Below, piece by piece: positions 1 through 13,898 of a stretch of DNA of 64,000 bases. The position numbers and the translations under genes are program-made. A model generated the notes under the pieces. It was not told the origin of the DNA and did no database searches. It saw nothing but the letters and a program-made list of their open reading frames with translations. Source of the DNA: Catajapyx aquilonaris. Taxonomy: Eukaryota. The stretch is taken from contig KZ538225.1 of NCBI GenBank assembly GCA_000934665.2, positions 1 to 64,000 of the forward strand, given 5' to 3'. Every line of letters starts with the position of its first letter. Positions within the stretch are counted from its first letter, which is position 1.

Positions 1-168
1 GGAAGTATCCAGAGCCGTACCATAAGAAATACATAGGGAAGTGCCCGCCCTCTGTTGCCTGGTAGCGGCGCTGCAAAGGGGTTGCCGACCACCTTAATGG
101 GGAGTTTCCGCCCATACCGAAACGGCGCACGTAAACGGATTCGTTCGCGTTTTTTACGTTATGCTGAC

Positions 169-416
169 CTGAAGTCGAGGCTGAGATTCCTTTGGTGGTT
201 GCTGATGCGGGTACGTCCGTTGGTGCCGAGGACAGGCTTGCCGTGGACTCCTGAGATGTCCTGGTGAGCCAGCTTGAACCGTTTGGGCGATGAGAATCCT
301 CCGACGGGCGGAGACGGGGCCAGAGAGATGGCCGCGGCAGCAGTGGCCGTCGCAACCACTACCACCGCCGCTGCACCACTGCTTTCAAAGCTGCCTTCTT
401 CCTCGGGGTCGCCCAT
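169..416 (-). CDS. fwd: First coding exon of a probable phosphatidylinositol 4-kinase beta (four wheel drive); gene continues off the left edge
   Basis: ATG at 416 in strong Kozak context (cccaccATGG). Exon bounded by acceptor tttactctgcag| (exon starts 506) and donor AG|GTCAGC after 169 (phase 2). Encodes ...GRTRISNHQRNLSLDFR, which I recall as the conserved N-terminal motif of insect PI4KB long isoforms (normally followed by SMG...). Identity rests on that recalled motif; no kinase domain is in the window. Confidence 0.6.
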
Positions 417-3400
417 GGTGGGCAGCCCGCAGTTAACTGCTTCCGTTACTGGCTACACCCACCAGGCCTCCATTGCCACCTTCTCCTTCACCAGGGATGG
501 CTACCACTGCAGAGTAAACAAACATCCATGTTTAGAGACACCCTGTATGATCCAATCCACTTAGCCCTCTCCCCAAACCCAATAACAAGAGCCTAAATCG
601 TCACCGTAAGCAACACAGGAGTGGGCTCTTCCGGGCTCCCTCAAGACGCACGGATCGCATTACGGTAAATCTCCGGAGTCGAGGATCGATCTCCAACATG
701 TCAATTGGAAGCCCACCCCTTCCCTCGGCATGTCTTTTCGGCGGCCGGGGGAGAAATGAGTTTGTTATTGGATTTGCCGGCATTTCATTGCCCCAAGATT
801 GCGCGGACAAATTGCCGGTTATATTCGGAAGCCCGTCTTCTCCTAAAGCTTCCCCTAAGAAACCGCCAAACCATCCCCAGTTTGCCTTTTTATTGCTGCA
901 TTCCACTCCATCGGGACTCCCCCAAAGGCAGCTGTCAAGTAGATCTGAGTGTCAATTCATCCCAAGTCACAAAACAATATTATCATCCCAGTTTTATCTG
1001 AACCGGCCGCGGCCGTGAGATGGCGCAGAGGCTGCGAATGGCCTGCGCACGAATGACCTGCGCATGGCCAGCAGGGTTGATGCCAGAATCCCCGGGAAAT
1101 GATCCCCGCCTCATTTCGCGACCGCAGAGCTCTAACTTATTTACGCGGAAGGGACAAACTTGGACCAACTTGGATTTCCGGAATGAATTATAACGCGTGG
1201 ACCGCCAGAGAACCGCTGGCATCACGCCACCAAGCTTCTATACGCACTTTTTATCGCCAAACATTATTTCCCCAGCTACAATGCCTTCTAAGTCCATAAA
1301 CCAGTACAATTGCTGACGTCAACACCGCCAAAAAGATTGCAAGAACCCACACGACTGACCCAGAAGCACACGCGCGAGACACTTGGCACATGTCAACATC
1401 CCCGATGCAGTACATTTCCGCGGCAATTTGCATACCCCCCCTTTTTTTTCCTAAGGAGAAACCTGCTGGTGACCTACATGACCACCATGCTTTTTTCGTA
1501 ATATAGCCGCATTGCAGCCAACGATCGGCTGCCTCCAGGCCGCAAGTGAAGGTGACCGGTGAAGGTCGTGATGTGAAAAATAAAATGACAAGTAGGCGTC
1601 GGAAGCAAAAAACCGGAAGGACGAGTCCCATCGGGTGTATGTAAACTCTCCCTAACCCTACGTACTGTGGACACATATTGCATGTCTTTTCCCACCCCAA
1701 GGGTGTCCACATTACTCCTACAAAAAAAAAGTGACGGCTTCCAATTTCACTGATTCTCACCCTACATACAGGCTATCCGATTAAACTCACAACTCCACCA
1801 GCCATGACCAATTGCAAAACAGAGCGAATATTCAGGCCATTCGATCCAAGTCAAGAAACTCATCTGTTGTGTTGTTGACAATGTCATCTCTATGTCAAGG
1901 TTGCTTCCGGCGCTGGAAGGGCAACTCTGGTATCCTTCAGGCTATTTCGGAATGGTAAACACATCAAGCCGAGGGTGTAAAATAGCATCCCCGATGATTG
2001 AATCGGAAAGAGGTTTCCTTCCTCTCATCAGCCACCAATGTACACACACCATGCACCCTATTTTATTTTAGGTCCCCCTACCAAATCCGGGGAGGAATTT
2101 GGACCTTTCCATCTGCCTAGTGCTGAAGAATAGATGCAGCTGCTGCTTTTCTACGGATTAGGCCCGGAACGCCGCCCAGCTGTCTCATCCTACAAAAGAC
2201 TACATGAGGGGACCGGTTCCTTTTCATTTTCTCGAATTACGTTTTTTTCAGTATGGGGGCCCACCCAGATCAATTTTATTAGTAATGTGCGAGTGCGCGC
2301 CCCTCCAGCTCTTGGGGACAGTCTGCAGGGTGTTACGTAACTTGCACTGCGGCCGATGCTTTCCCATCAATATTCGCACTTCCAAGACCATACACCGATA
2401 GGACATGAGATGAACAGGCGGGAAAGCAAAAATTCTCCCTGCCCCACCATGTCACATTACACCGGACCATTACAGGGAGTTTATTACTGAAAAGGTCGCG
2501 AAACGCTACCATCCATTATAAGACAACGTTTCAGGTTGCACCAAAATAACGTCGTTACCCCGAATGAGACGCGACGGGTTTCTTCCCAGAAAATGATATA
2601 TGAAACCTCCGAAAATTACCCCTGCCAAGGTTGCGTCCGACAGGTTTTCATATACGAAGAACCTTCCACTCCCACGTCAGCCAACCAGAAACGGAACGCC
2701 GAGATGTTCCCCGTGAGAATCTCGACCAGTGCTCTCACTGTCATAGTCCTATCAACTGGATATTTTTTCGCATGTACAATTATTATTTTTATTAGTTCCG
2801 GTGACAGTTTACTCCTCCCATACTTTCCATACATGACACGAGCACCTTCGCCTGGCTGACCCACGTGAGTCACCATGAGGTGGTCCCATACTATCCGATA
2901 TACCCGATCGCTCACTTATCCTTCAGCTTGTTGTTATCGCCCCGGGGGGCTTCCTCGGTTGGGGTCACGATATGCAAGCATCATCTCCATGCATTTCCTC
3001 ACGCGAGGACACCCGCAAGAAAGCCGGAGAGAATATTACAGAGGAGAGAGTAATACGTATACAGCTGCGGAATGTGAAGGCTACAGGCATGTGAAATAAT
3101 AGGAAGTGTACGCCTCTCTGCTGTACCAGGCACACCAAGACGGATTGCAAATAAAGCGATTCTTACTTCCTCTGATAAGCCTCTTGAAGAAGGGGGAAAA
3201 AAAAATCCTGAACTTACTTCAATGAAAAATTACTCTCATTAGATGCTATGTAATCTACAACTTTCCGTGGTAATCTCCAGTAGTGCATGTTTTTGCATGA
3301 ATTATGGTCCACGATGCATAATACAGCCTCTGTACAGTGTTGCAAAGGGACGGATATTGATTTCCCTCTGCATCCAGCAGCCAGCATTTCCCAGCTACGC

Positions 3401-6400
3401 AATTTACTCGCAACACCGCCCGTGAAATGGTCAGTTAAGGTTTACAGCACCTCGCATTCAGCTGCCCGTTTATCTCGTCCCCAACGCGATTATTGCTTAC
3501 AAACGCTGAATCGCCCCTACACAACAATGGAAACAATTTAACCGGATAATTAGCAAAAAAGAAATTCCTCCACTTTTTTTCTCTCTCTCTAAACAGTATC
3601 CAAAATAGTCGAACTTGAGTGATTTTTGTGACGCACTTTGGCCCCATACCAAACCCGGATCTAGTAGACAACCACGCGGGAGGATGCATACCAAAACAAA
3701 CGCGCCCGATCTGCCAAGAATGCAAAATATAGATGTCGTAACTTCACGCCGGCCTTACTCAACTCCCACAAAAATGATAACAACTCCTTCAAAAAACCAC
3801 CGCCATTTTTTTTCTGCAACCACGACCTTCGACGAAAAAACTCCTCAAAAATATCCAAAAAAAATCACTCATGCAATCTTTGTATTACTTAATAAGCGGG
3901 CGGTGAGAATCTGTTATGCATGCAGACACACTTTTTTTTTTAATCTCCATGAAATATATCTTCCAGAATGTGCGTCAGCCCCCAGCTGGTTACCACTGTT
4001 AGGAAGCGCCTAGATGACAGAATAACAAGCAGACAGTAGAAAGACACAAGAGAGGAAGGACCAATTCAGGCTAATTATAGAACCGCATGCCATTTTCCCC
4101 TCAAGCACGTGCCACGTTCCCAAAATGCTTCTATCTTTTTTTCATTTTTTTTTTCCATGGCTCTCCCCACTTGTGGTCGTGGGAACTCAGGATCCTAGAT
4201 ACACAAGCACCCTATCTTCAAGAAGGAGGCCTTTCCTTCCGCTTTCATGCACAGGCAAGTGGAAGGGGGAGATGAAAATATGTGGAATGTATCATGGCGG
4301 ACAGTGTGGAGGACATGGTATACGACGTGGCAAGATCTGATGCCGCCGAGAAACATTTGTACTGGTTGCTGGCAGAATTTCCAATCAGTTCTCCTTTTAT
4401 CGAGAGCCAACTTCGCCAACTTTGTAGTCGAAGCCTTGATGAGTGAAAGTTGTTCAAGCCATGTTGTCAGGCGGTACGGTCAAAGGAAATTGAACGACTA
4501 TCAAACTTGCAAACTATATGTCGTACCGAATGCCATTTGCGACTTCTCCTTATTAAAATAAATTGTGAATCCTGCATTCGTTAGATGGAATTGTTGACAG
4601 CATCAGACTAGAAGTCACAAATAATCTGCTATTTAGTTAGTCAACAATTTGGACTATCCCAACTGTGAGCCATTCTCATGACGTCGACAGCTGTGAAAAT
4701 GGCTGCCTGGAAAAGAAAACAATTTTCAGGAGGATTCATTTCCGTCGCGGAAAGGTTAGGAAGAGTTGTCGTCGGCCGGGAGTCAATTGAATGCAGTAAT
4801 GGAGGTGTAGCCATGCGCACCAGGCGGGGGATTGAAAAGGCGCTTCAGCAAATGGCCAATTTAAGACTTGGAGATGGCGAAGGGGACGAAGGCGACGAAG
4901 GCGATCCTCCGGGTTGCCGAGAGAAACTTGATTCGTCCTTCTCCTTTCTGGAACTCTCCTGAGACGAAAAAGGAAAGGAAACGCTAACCTCTGCCGCATT
5001 CGCTCCTTCCTTTATGATGAAAATGAACCTCAGGAGTCGGCTCCCGCATCTACAATGCCGTCTCGGAATACATCAGCTCGGTTCCCTTTGTCCACCATCC
5101 CCTTCCCTCCAAGATGACAGGGGCTTCACTTATGCCTTTTTGCAGCTTCCTTCCTGCACTATAGATATATTTCCCCGGGCTAGAGTTGCTACAAAATGTT
5201 TCCAATGGCAGCGTAGTATGTCACCGAATATCAACATTGCCTGAAGTTCTAAGAGGAAAAAAAGGCCGTATCTGCAGACTTCCAGTAACTGCATTGACTT
5301 GGCTTCTGCAGGACAGATCAGAACGATGTGCTTGGAAGCGGGATTGGCTGGATTGGCAAAAAGCGGAAGTGGCATCCAGCCACTCTCGCTCTCCGTGTTT
5401 ATCCCGCTCGCAACATCTGCATCCTCAATAATCTGGTTTGCAAATTTCGTTACCCGGGCACCGAATCACGACCCGGTGCTTGTGAAAGATGTCAATCACA
5501 AAACATGGGGACATTTGCTGCCCATGTTGATGGACCGCTAGTATTGTTCTAGCTGCGGTTTGATTTGCTTATTATGCTCGCCGGTCTCTGCACCAGATAC
5601 GATGCGGATGTATTTCATTTGCCACAAATGAGTACCGGTAATTGGTATATCTTGTTACCGCGTGATCAGAATTTATATTTATTATTAGCCAACAAGTGTC
5701 ATATGTCAACCTAACCCCTATCAGCAGACCGCCCCCGTTGCACATTAAATAAACATCTCCCCATCTTGGTGTGTCTGACAACGCCCCCAGAGTCCCCCCC
5801 TTCCCACGTTATAGGGCCATTCCCGCAAAAGAGGGCGCAATCAGCGGCAACATCAATTAACTAATTAGTCCCACGGTTCAACTACCCCACCCTTCGCAAC
5901 ACCACCCCACTCCACATGACTTGCGTGCATATAGACCATTGAAGGCGGCCAGGCAAAAAGAGCTGTACAACCCCCGCTAGGAGCACCGCCACAATTCATT
6001 CACTTCCCCTGAGAACACACATTTCCTGTCACAAAGTGAACCAAAGCCACAAAAAAAGGGTCCAGGATAATGAGACAATTGACAGGGGGTAAAGGCGCCA
6101 ACAATAAAAGAATAAGAAAATCCTTTTGAATCCGCGATATTGAGGTTCAACAGGGCACAATCATGGGCGCCTTTTCTCTTTGTTCGGTGCCCGTGTGAAC
6201 GACTCTTCTCTAAAGAGCCATAAAGGTTCAATTGGACTGCTTTCAATGCAGTCTGGCCTTGAGCATCCTGAGAGTCCCAGAATCATGCAATTATTAGGTC
6301 GTCAAAGGCCAAATAAGCCTCGACGGGCGGGATCATCTTTAGTTTCCATAAAGCTCAAATTGAATCTATTAAAGCACTGGGTGCCTAAATGCTGCTGTCT

Positions 6401-6633
6401 GAAGCCTGAGAACTGGAAGTAATGAGGGGGCCATTACACGAGTCAAGATAACCTACCGCACTTGTCTGGCTGACAAAATGTACTACGTTTCATTATAATG
6501 CTCCTAGTATACCAAGAACTTCCTCCAGCGGAATTTCCATGGTGAACAATATTACGGTTACGAAATGGTTGCTGCCTGATCAGTACGAACAGAAACAAAT
6601 TTAAATTATGTCTACATTTTTTAAATAATTTAA

Positions 6634-6789
6634 CCCTGTAATGCCCCTTGGGTCATATCTGGCACACCATTTAGTGCAATTTGGCACACTTACAGAAAAT
6701 ATAAAAATTGCAAAAGTTGCAAAAATTGCACTAAATGGTGTGCCAGATATGACCCAGTGGGCATTACTTAGATTAGTGGCATTACAGGG
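6634..6789. mobile_element. piggyBac-type non-autonomous MITE (156 bp)
   Basis: TTAA at 6630-6633 and 6790-6793. Termini CCCTGTAATGCC...GGCATTACAGGG. Perfect 34-bp internal inverted repeat 6649-6682 / 6723-6756. Confidence 0.8.
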
Positions 6790-9700
6790 TTAAAACAATC
6801 GAGCGTGTAAGAGATGACCTCCCTATAGATCATCTCTTCCGACCCCTCAGGGTCGTGGTCCAAGAACCCACTAGTTACTGACAGTGACAACATTAGGACT
6901 AGCCTCATCTGAGGCGACCACCACACTGGTTACAAAGCTGGAAGCCTCTCTCCAGTCCGCCTTCCGACACCCACGCCATCTCCTGGCTAAACTCCAAACT
7001 TGCAGTCAACCCCATCTATAGTGAATGCAGGGGGCACGAGGAGGGTGTCATAAGTATCGTTTCCCTAATCCTTCCTCATCACGTACAAATTAGTAACACA
7101 TCCAACAAACGGGTGGCTAGTCACGTAACACCCTGATAAGGGCCTGGCCTAATACGGGCGAATAATGGAGCCGTAAAAGTGCTAACCTCTCGTTAAATCC
7201 TCCTGGGACATTCTTTCTAATCTGGACGGGCCATGGAGGACCGCGTGCAATTCAAACAGTGTTACTGACGTCGGTGGTGACTCTCTGGAAGGGTTAGATG
7301 GAAGGGGTCCCCGGTCATCCGTGACCAACAGGCGACATCCAGGATTGGAGAGGAGGGCCATTCAACTAGGACGTGTAAAAATTGCCCTTTCCAGGCACAG
7401 ACTAAATGACACGCTCGGTCAACTTCACCGGGAATAAACATTGACGACGGGGATCGACAAAAAAAAAAAAAAAGTCCATCGAGGCGACCTTACGATATGG
7501 GGTGGCCGAAAGGGTAGCTGACAGGGGACATCGTAGTTTAAGTTGCCTGTCAATTCCACCAAATGTTACAATTACGCTGTCACACCAGCTGTTGCTCCAC
7601 GACAAGGCACCGAACTAGAAACTGAAATTTAATACCAAATTTGGTGCTGAATTAAAATTAAATTTGTATATTAAAACTGCAATAAATTCCTAACAAAATT
7701 GGAGCCAGCACAATCTGTGCTCCGAGCGAAGGGGACGACTTCAATTTTTTTAATTCACCGGATTTAATACTTAAGCGGATTATATGGATTGGAACCGGCT
7801 TTAGTGAGACACAAGCAGGAAATAATGGGATTTTAGCAGGACTTACGCTTTATTAAACTGATTGAAGAGCACCTCTTGATGCCTGCAAACTTTGAGAAGT
7901 TACCACTATTTAATGGCACAGGGTTTAATCGTTTTTAATGCTAGCCTTCTAGCAATGTCTACCACCAAATGATTAGTTTGCGACAGTGTAAAAAATTGAT
8001 TAAAAGCGCCTTGTAAGTACCCTAATCAATTGTAATGCGATTAAAATCCCGCTAAATCCGGCTCCAGGTATCCTACTAGCTCTCAGCCAGCCAGAGCCAC
8101 TCCTATAAAAGTCAGAACAGCTGAATACATTTCAGAGGCTTAAAAAATACCCGATTGCGCGTTGGAAATGGGTGACATAAACTAATGGGTGTTGATTTTT
8201 CTTCCCCAGTCCGCCTTAATACAGCGCATTCGTCACGGCGAATTTCGTCGTATAACCAAAGAGTGCTCCTACAAAAGGGGAAAAAGGGCGCTATAATATG
8301 TCGGAATATTTTCCCAGATTCCGTGACAGTTACGAAAGTGCCCTGCCAACTGAATGGAATTTTTATGTGTTAACGGCAAAAAGGCTCCACTTTTACAATG
8401 CGAAACGCTCCGGTCGTTCGTTAACATTTTATATGCGGGAGCTTCCACTCAATTGGATACTTTGTACGTATATTTGTGCTCCCGATTCCTGCATCCCAGA
8501 TGGCTCGGATTGCACGACCTACCATGACATGGCCTGTATTTATTTCCATAACGTCAAGCCATACTGTGAGTTACAACAGCATCATGTAGGGAGAAAAAAG
8601 GTGCCAGCAGGCTCCGACGGGTAATACTTTCCATGTACGTCATATTGAACAAAACATGCTGCCACAGCATTGTTAAGTGCGTGACTTCTACTCTTTTGTT
8701 CTAGCCATAACGAGGACGAACACGGCCGACACGCTACGTTCGGACATTATGTGACACAACACCCGGAGATGGAACTTCGGACTCTGAACTCCGCATCAAG
8801 GGATCATATGAAAGCACTTTAGATGATGACTTTTTCTATCAGCGACACAATCTCCACGAAAACGCAGCAGGAGGCAGAGGGGCATCACATATGGTATTAC
8901 AACCATTTTTCCACTCGACACATTCCTCTGGGGTTAACGGAGGATAGAAAAAACACGGTCTGGACCTTGGAATCAACCGGGTGGCCCACTCTTCTGATTA
9001 GCAATTATTGATCATCACAACAGTTCCCCACGGGGTGCGAGTGTGACGCCTAACCCCGCTGATGACATTCCTGTCGGGTCGATGTCGGCATGGGGTTGCC
9101 ATTGAACGACGCCAAGCATCATCAGGAAAAGGTCACTCAACGTCGTGGACAGCTTTTCATTTGTTTGCATGACCTGCTTACGAGTTATGGGGAGTCTACA
9201 CGCAACTGATACCATATATGTTAGCAGTGTGACTAGGACTGAAAATTCATGGGGAGGCTCATCTTTGTTTGTTCAATGAATGTTGCTCACTTCGTTTCAC
9301 TAGCTCATATCAAACGATGATTCAAAATTCATTTCAGTTGGATATTTATCAAAACGTCCGTTTTCTCCACTTTCTCCACGAGTGCCCGAGACGCGGGTTC
9401 CATCAAATACTTAAATTTAATCGTACTGTAGTCTGAACTACATGATTCTGTTGACTGCAGTCTTCATCAGATCTGCCAGTCACCATTCAGCGTCGCCTAC
9501 ACCCAACACCCCTATACGATCATTTTAACAAGTGCGACCTCTTCAACTATAAACCCCCCCAAATTATAGGACGGATATGTCGCCAGCCTCGACCCATGCA
9601 TGTAGGCCCCTACCATTGTTCAATCAAGAAAATATTAGCAAAAATTGCTACCACGACCGCAAGTCATGTCACTTTCCCTCCGAAAAAATTACCCATGATT

Positions 9701-12700
9701 GACTTTCTCCCGTGGTTCCCATCCTTATAAAAAGGCCCATCCTACCGGAAATTACGTCACCCCTCCTTCCCCCTTCCACCAACATAAAAAAAAAATCAGT
9801 TTTCCTCCAGCCAGGAACCTTTGTTCACCTGGTTCATGCACCTGTCACGCAATGTTTCCTCGGGCCCCCATACACTTGAAAGATGGCGTCCGCAATGCTT
9901 CCCTTAGGAAATGCCTCCCTGCACTCCCACCATTCCCGGTAATGAACGCCACCTAATCCAATTAAACCCGTCCTTGGCCTTGCCCAGCGCAATTAAACTG
10001 CACTTGTAACTTCTTGAGTAATCGTCTTAACTAGATGTCACGTTAACTCTCCCCAAACTTCTCCAAAAGCCTCGGTCGGATTAGACCATTCCTTCAACTC
10101 AGGCCAATCTCCCCGGAAACTGCAATCCGGTGACTTATCTGCAACCCCCATCACACGTGTTCCGCCGACTGAAAGTTGGACATCACCATCGGGAGAAGTG
10201 TGGGCACCGCGATTCCTCACAACATGCTTCTGAATCTCGAAGTATAGCCACCAGCAGCTTCCGACCAAAAAAACCCGTGGTGTCTCAACCGCAATACCAT
10301 GACCACCAGACTAGACTAGTGGCGCAGTGGGACAGACATGAGGAGGCGTCTCCTCAACCGCTTGTCTGACTCCGTCTTAAAAATAGCCGTGCAAACGACT
10401 GCGGTTTGATATCGACTGAACCCTTGACCGCGACCTTTACCGCCATCGGGCACGGAGGTCACAAAAACAATAATAATGAATCTAACAGCCCATGTTTTGA
10501 AGAGCATCAGATACGGTGTCGATCCACACAACGGCATTCCTAAAAACCCACGCCTGGGCTTCACTTTTCCCGAGGGCATATCCTGCTTTGATTCCATCTC
10601 CATGCATGTGCCCGTTGCAAGAGGGTGGGCACCAACTGCAATGCCGGTCCATTGCACACTGCATTCCAATACCGCATTCCGCCATGCACAACCAGGATGT
10701 GCCCGCACTGTCCAAGCACCATGCCAATAGTACCGTCTGGATATTGCTACCCACCATATAATCACATACAAAATCCAAGTATAATATTAAAATCATTGTA
10801 CAGTACCAGTTCTGCGCAGGCGCCGGTAGCGCCCCTGGTGGGTGACAGGATGAACTAGTGATACCACTGGTGTATACATACAACACCCCAATGGCTTGTC
10901 AAATTCTGGTGCGAACTGACAGCTGCTGCCAAAACCCTGTCACATCACCATGCAATCGACCTTTTGTTTCATTCATGACAAGGCAATATCCGCGATTCTC
11001 AAAAATCGGGGGTGGGCCATCCTTCGACCCGTCAGCTGACTGACGAGCATTTGAATCGACCTCCTCAGGGAACGGAAGCTTGGACATGCTCCCACGCACA
11101 TTCAATCTAAACGCAAACGAAGAGCCCTTCTTGGAAGGACCAGAATAAGTTTTTTTTTTTTTTTTTTTGAACTACTGGCCAGACCCACAATTATCATCTT
11201 ATTACCACACAATTACATTAGAATTCCTGCAGCCTGAGTCCAACTGCAAAAATGACCCTCTCATGGACCGTGTGGAATTCCCAGCACGTGGACCCAAAAG
11301 TTTTCGAACTGTAACGAGCCTGCAAAGATCAAACATCCCAACTGGATCTCAACTCAAACGTCGCAGTTAGTAAGTACACTGCCCTCCAGGGAATCTTCCA
11401 GAAAATCCTCAAAAAAAAATAGAACCCCAGAATGCCAATCATCGGAATCCCACGGCCCCGAAGGCACAAGCCAGAAGCCCTACTTATCCAACTTTTTTTC
11501 TTTTTCTTCCAAAGGTGAGTTTAGTGCCGGAAAAAAAATATGAAAAAAAGTATTTTTGGCGATGGACTACTCAAGTGCTTGCTCTTAAGATGGGGCCAGG
11601 TGCTCAATTACCAATTCCAAGCAGGTGCAGGTATGTTGATCCGCAAGTAACACGCCAGTTGTGTCCTAAAATGCATGCGTTTAGCTCATTTCTTGCGGAA
11701 TACAAATTTTGACAAAAGCGGAACCTGTTTCACCAAATTTTTCGTGTGCAAATATCTGACAGCATTTCGAGCAACATCATATGGCAACCTCGCCAAAATA
11801 CCAAGCGGGCCATATTGCGGCTAGAAAAGTTGGTTAATCTATTTCAGCACCCTACAAAAACGCTAAAACTTTCCGTCTTGTGTAAACCGTGTACATTCCC
11901 GCACCACTGCAGCCAGGAACCACCGACTGAGGCCGTTGTGCATTAACCCCTCCGGATCCAAGAGGATGTTGTCGAGGATGCTGTACACCAACTTCCCCCT
12001 CATCATGGCCATTCGCGTAAAGCACCAACCCTGAATCTGGTTCCGCAATACGACTATCGGCCTCGTTAGAACAAACAAAAAATACTAAGAAGATACAACC
12101 ACAAGCATGCGTGGAGTAATAAAAAAACACACTGTCATCACCACCATCTCATTAACATAGAACCAGTTCCGCCACACACACAAAAAATCGAGCTAAGTAT
12201 AAAATTTTGCCTCCATAAAATTTTTAACATCCTGCATGATGCCAGAGTTCTGTAGTTTTTGCTACAAAAAAATCTGGCTGAGCGCTCCCCAAATACTTCC
12301 TAATTAGTTCCTAGCCGCAATCAACTACCTGCGTGTTTCACCAACTTGGCTGCCCCCACGGTGCATTTTTAAAATGTTAACGTTCCGTACCGTATTTTTC
12401 GCCCGGACCCCCCAAAAAAAATTCCGCCGCATTATACGTCGAGGTCGTGCGTCAGGACTTGGGGAGCATAATTGGACAGTTTTGCACTGCGGACTGGAGC
12501 TGAAAAGACCTACTTATTAAGCCGAAATAATTGCACGCACATATAGTGCGAGTACTGCGGCACTGCAAAGGTGATAAAAACCTCGTATCTAACGGACGCC
12601 AAGTAATAGGACCACTGGTGGATTATACGAGACTTGCATAATTATTGGCCACTCCAAATCTGGTGGCAAATATGACCGTGAGGAATGAGTCACATTGATC

Positions 12701-13828
12701 ACGACTTGATCCGAGAATATTTTCAAACTGGAATCAATTCACGTGCTGTTCTCAAGGCGACCTGTATGACTTATATGCTTGTATGTCGTTCAAGGCGACA
12801 TGTCGTCATACCAAACAAGTGATTAGTGGGCTCATATCTCAGATGCGGAACTGATGTCATTCGGAGTCTGCTCGGTGCAGTTTGCATGACGCATTATGCA
12901 GGTTGATAAAGGTCAGCGCAGTACTTTGAATAGGTAAATGCCGATCGACAGTGCATTACACAACTCCATACAGCTCCTTAACTACCTGCTCGTGCTAAAC
13001 CCATACAATAGCCAAAGCATGCTAGAGGCAATTAGCTGGGCACAATAACGCACTGTGCAACATGAACAACAAATGACTTCACGTCTAGGTCTTATCTGAA
13101 GTAGCGGTCCATCACCCGAAGAATTTCGGCAAAAACAGGTGATGGCGACAGGTCTTTCAACCTAAGCCCGACGGAACTATGCATTGCCAAGGTCAATGTT
13201 GTCACCTCACCCCGTGTATCGCATGTGACAGTATATCGTGCATTCAAAGTTCCTTTGCTTTTCCGTGTCCAACATTCCATTGGAGTCGAACTGCGCCATA
13301 CAATGCTTAGGAATTTTGCAAGGTCACACAGTAAATGCATTTTTTTTTTCTCCTCCCTCCCTCCCGCGCCGGCCTTTTCTATACGCCACACGGCGCACCG
13401 AAAGTTACGCAAATGAAATATTACGTATTCCCCCATTTCCTGTTCTCAAAGAAGAGGAAGGCAAACTCCTCGCTTTTTATTACTGGTGCAAACTTTCTAA
13501 CACCCACTTCCGCAAAAATGTGCTTGAAATTACACTGAGAAATACACGACACTTCGCAAGATCAAATGCTGCGAGTCGTTCATTTCTGATGCCGCCATAT
13601 TAGCCTTCTCTCACCATGACAGCCTGGTGATTTTTATTTCCTAATTTTATGCCGGCAGGAATCACAATAGGGAACTAGGTGCATACTGTATACGTTACTA
13701 CCTCTCCACAAATTCCATTAATTGATCAACCATTTGTCAACTCAACGATCGTTACGGCTTCTGACCGTATCAAATGTCCACTGCACCACAACTAACCGCC
13801 TGCATCAATTTCACTTCAACCAGGCCGA

Positions 13829-13829
<1 letters not shown>

Positions 13830-13895
<66 letters not shown>
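13830..13895. repeat. (ATT)22 microsatellite
   Basis: Uninterrupted ATT trinucleotide run; explains the spurious poly-Ile ORF 13722-13910. Confidence 0.97.

Positions 13896-13898
<3 letters not shown>

Noticed and set aside
1036..1064. Short direct repeat gaatg(g/a)cctgcgca
   Set aside because: Only two 14-bp copies; could be an NRF1/EWG-like site but not distinguishable from chance.
7700..8066. Possible MITE with ggagcc/ggctcc ends and ggattta-type repeats
   Set aside because: Terminal match too short and no TSD identified.
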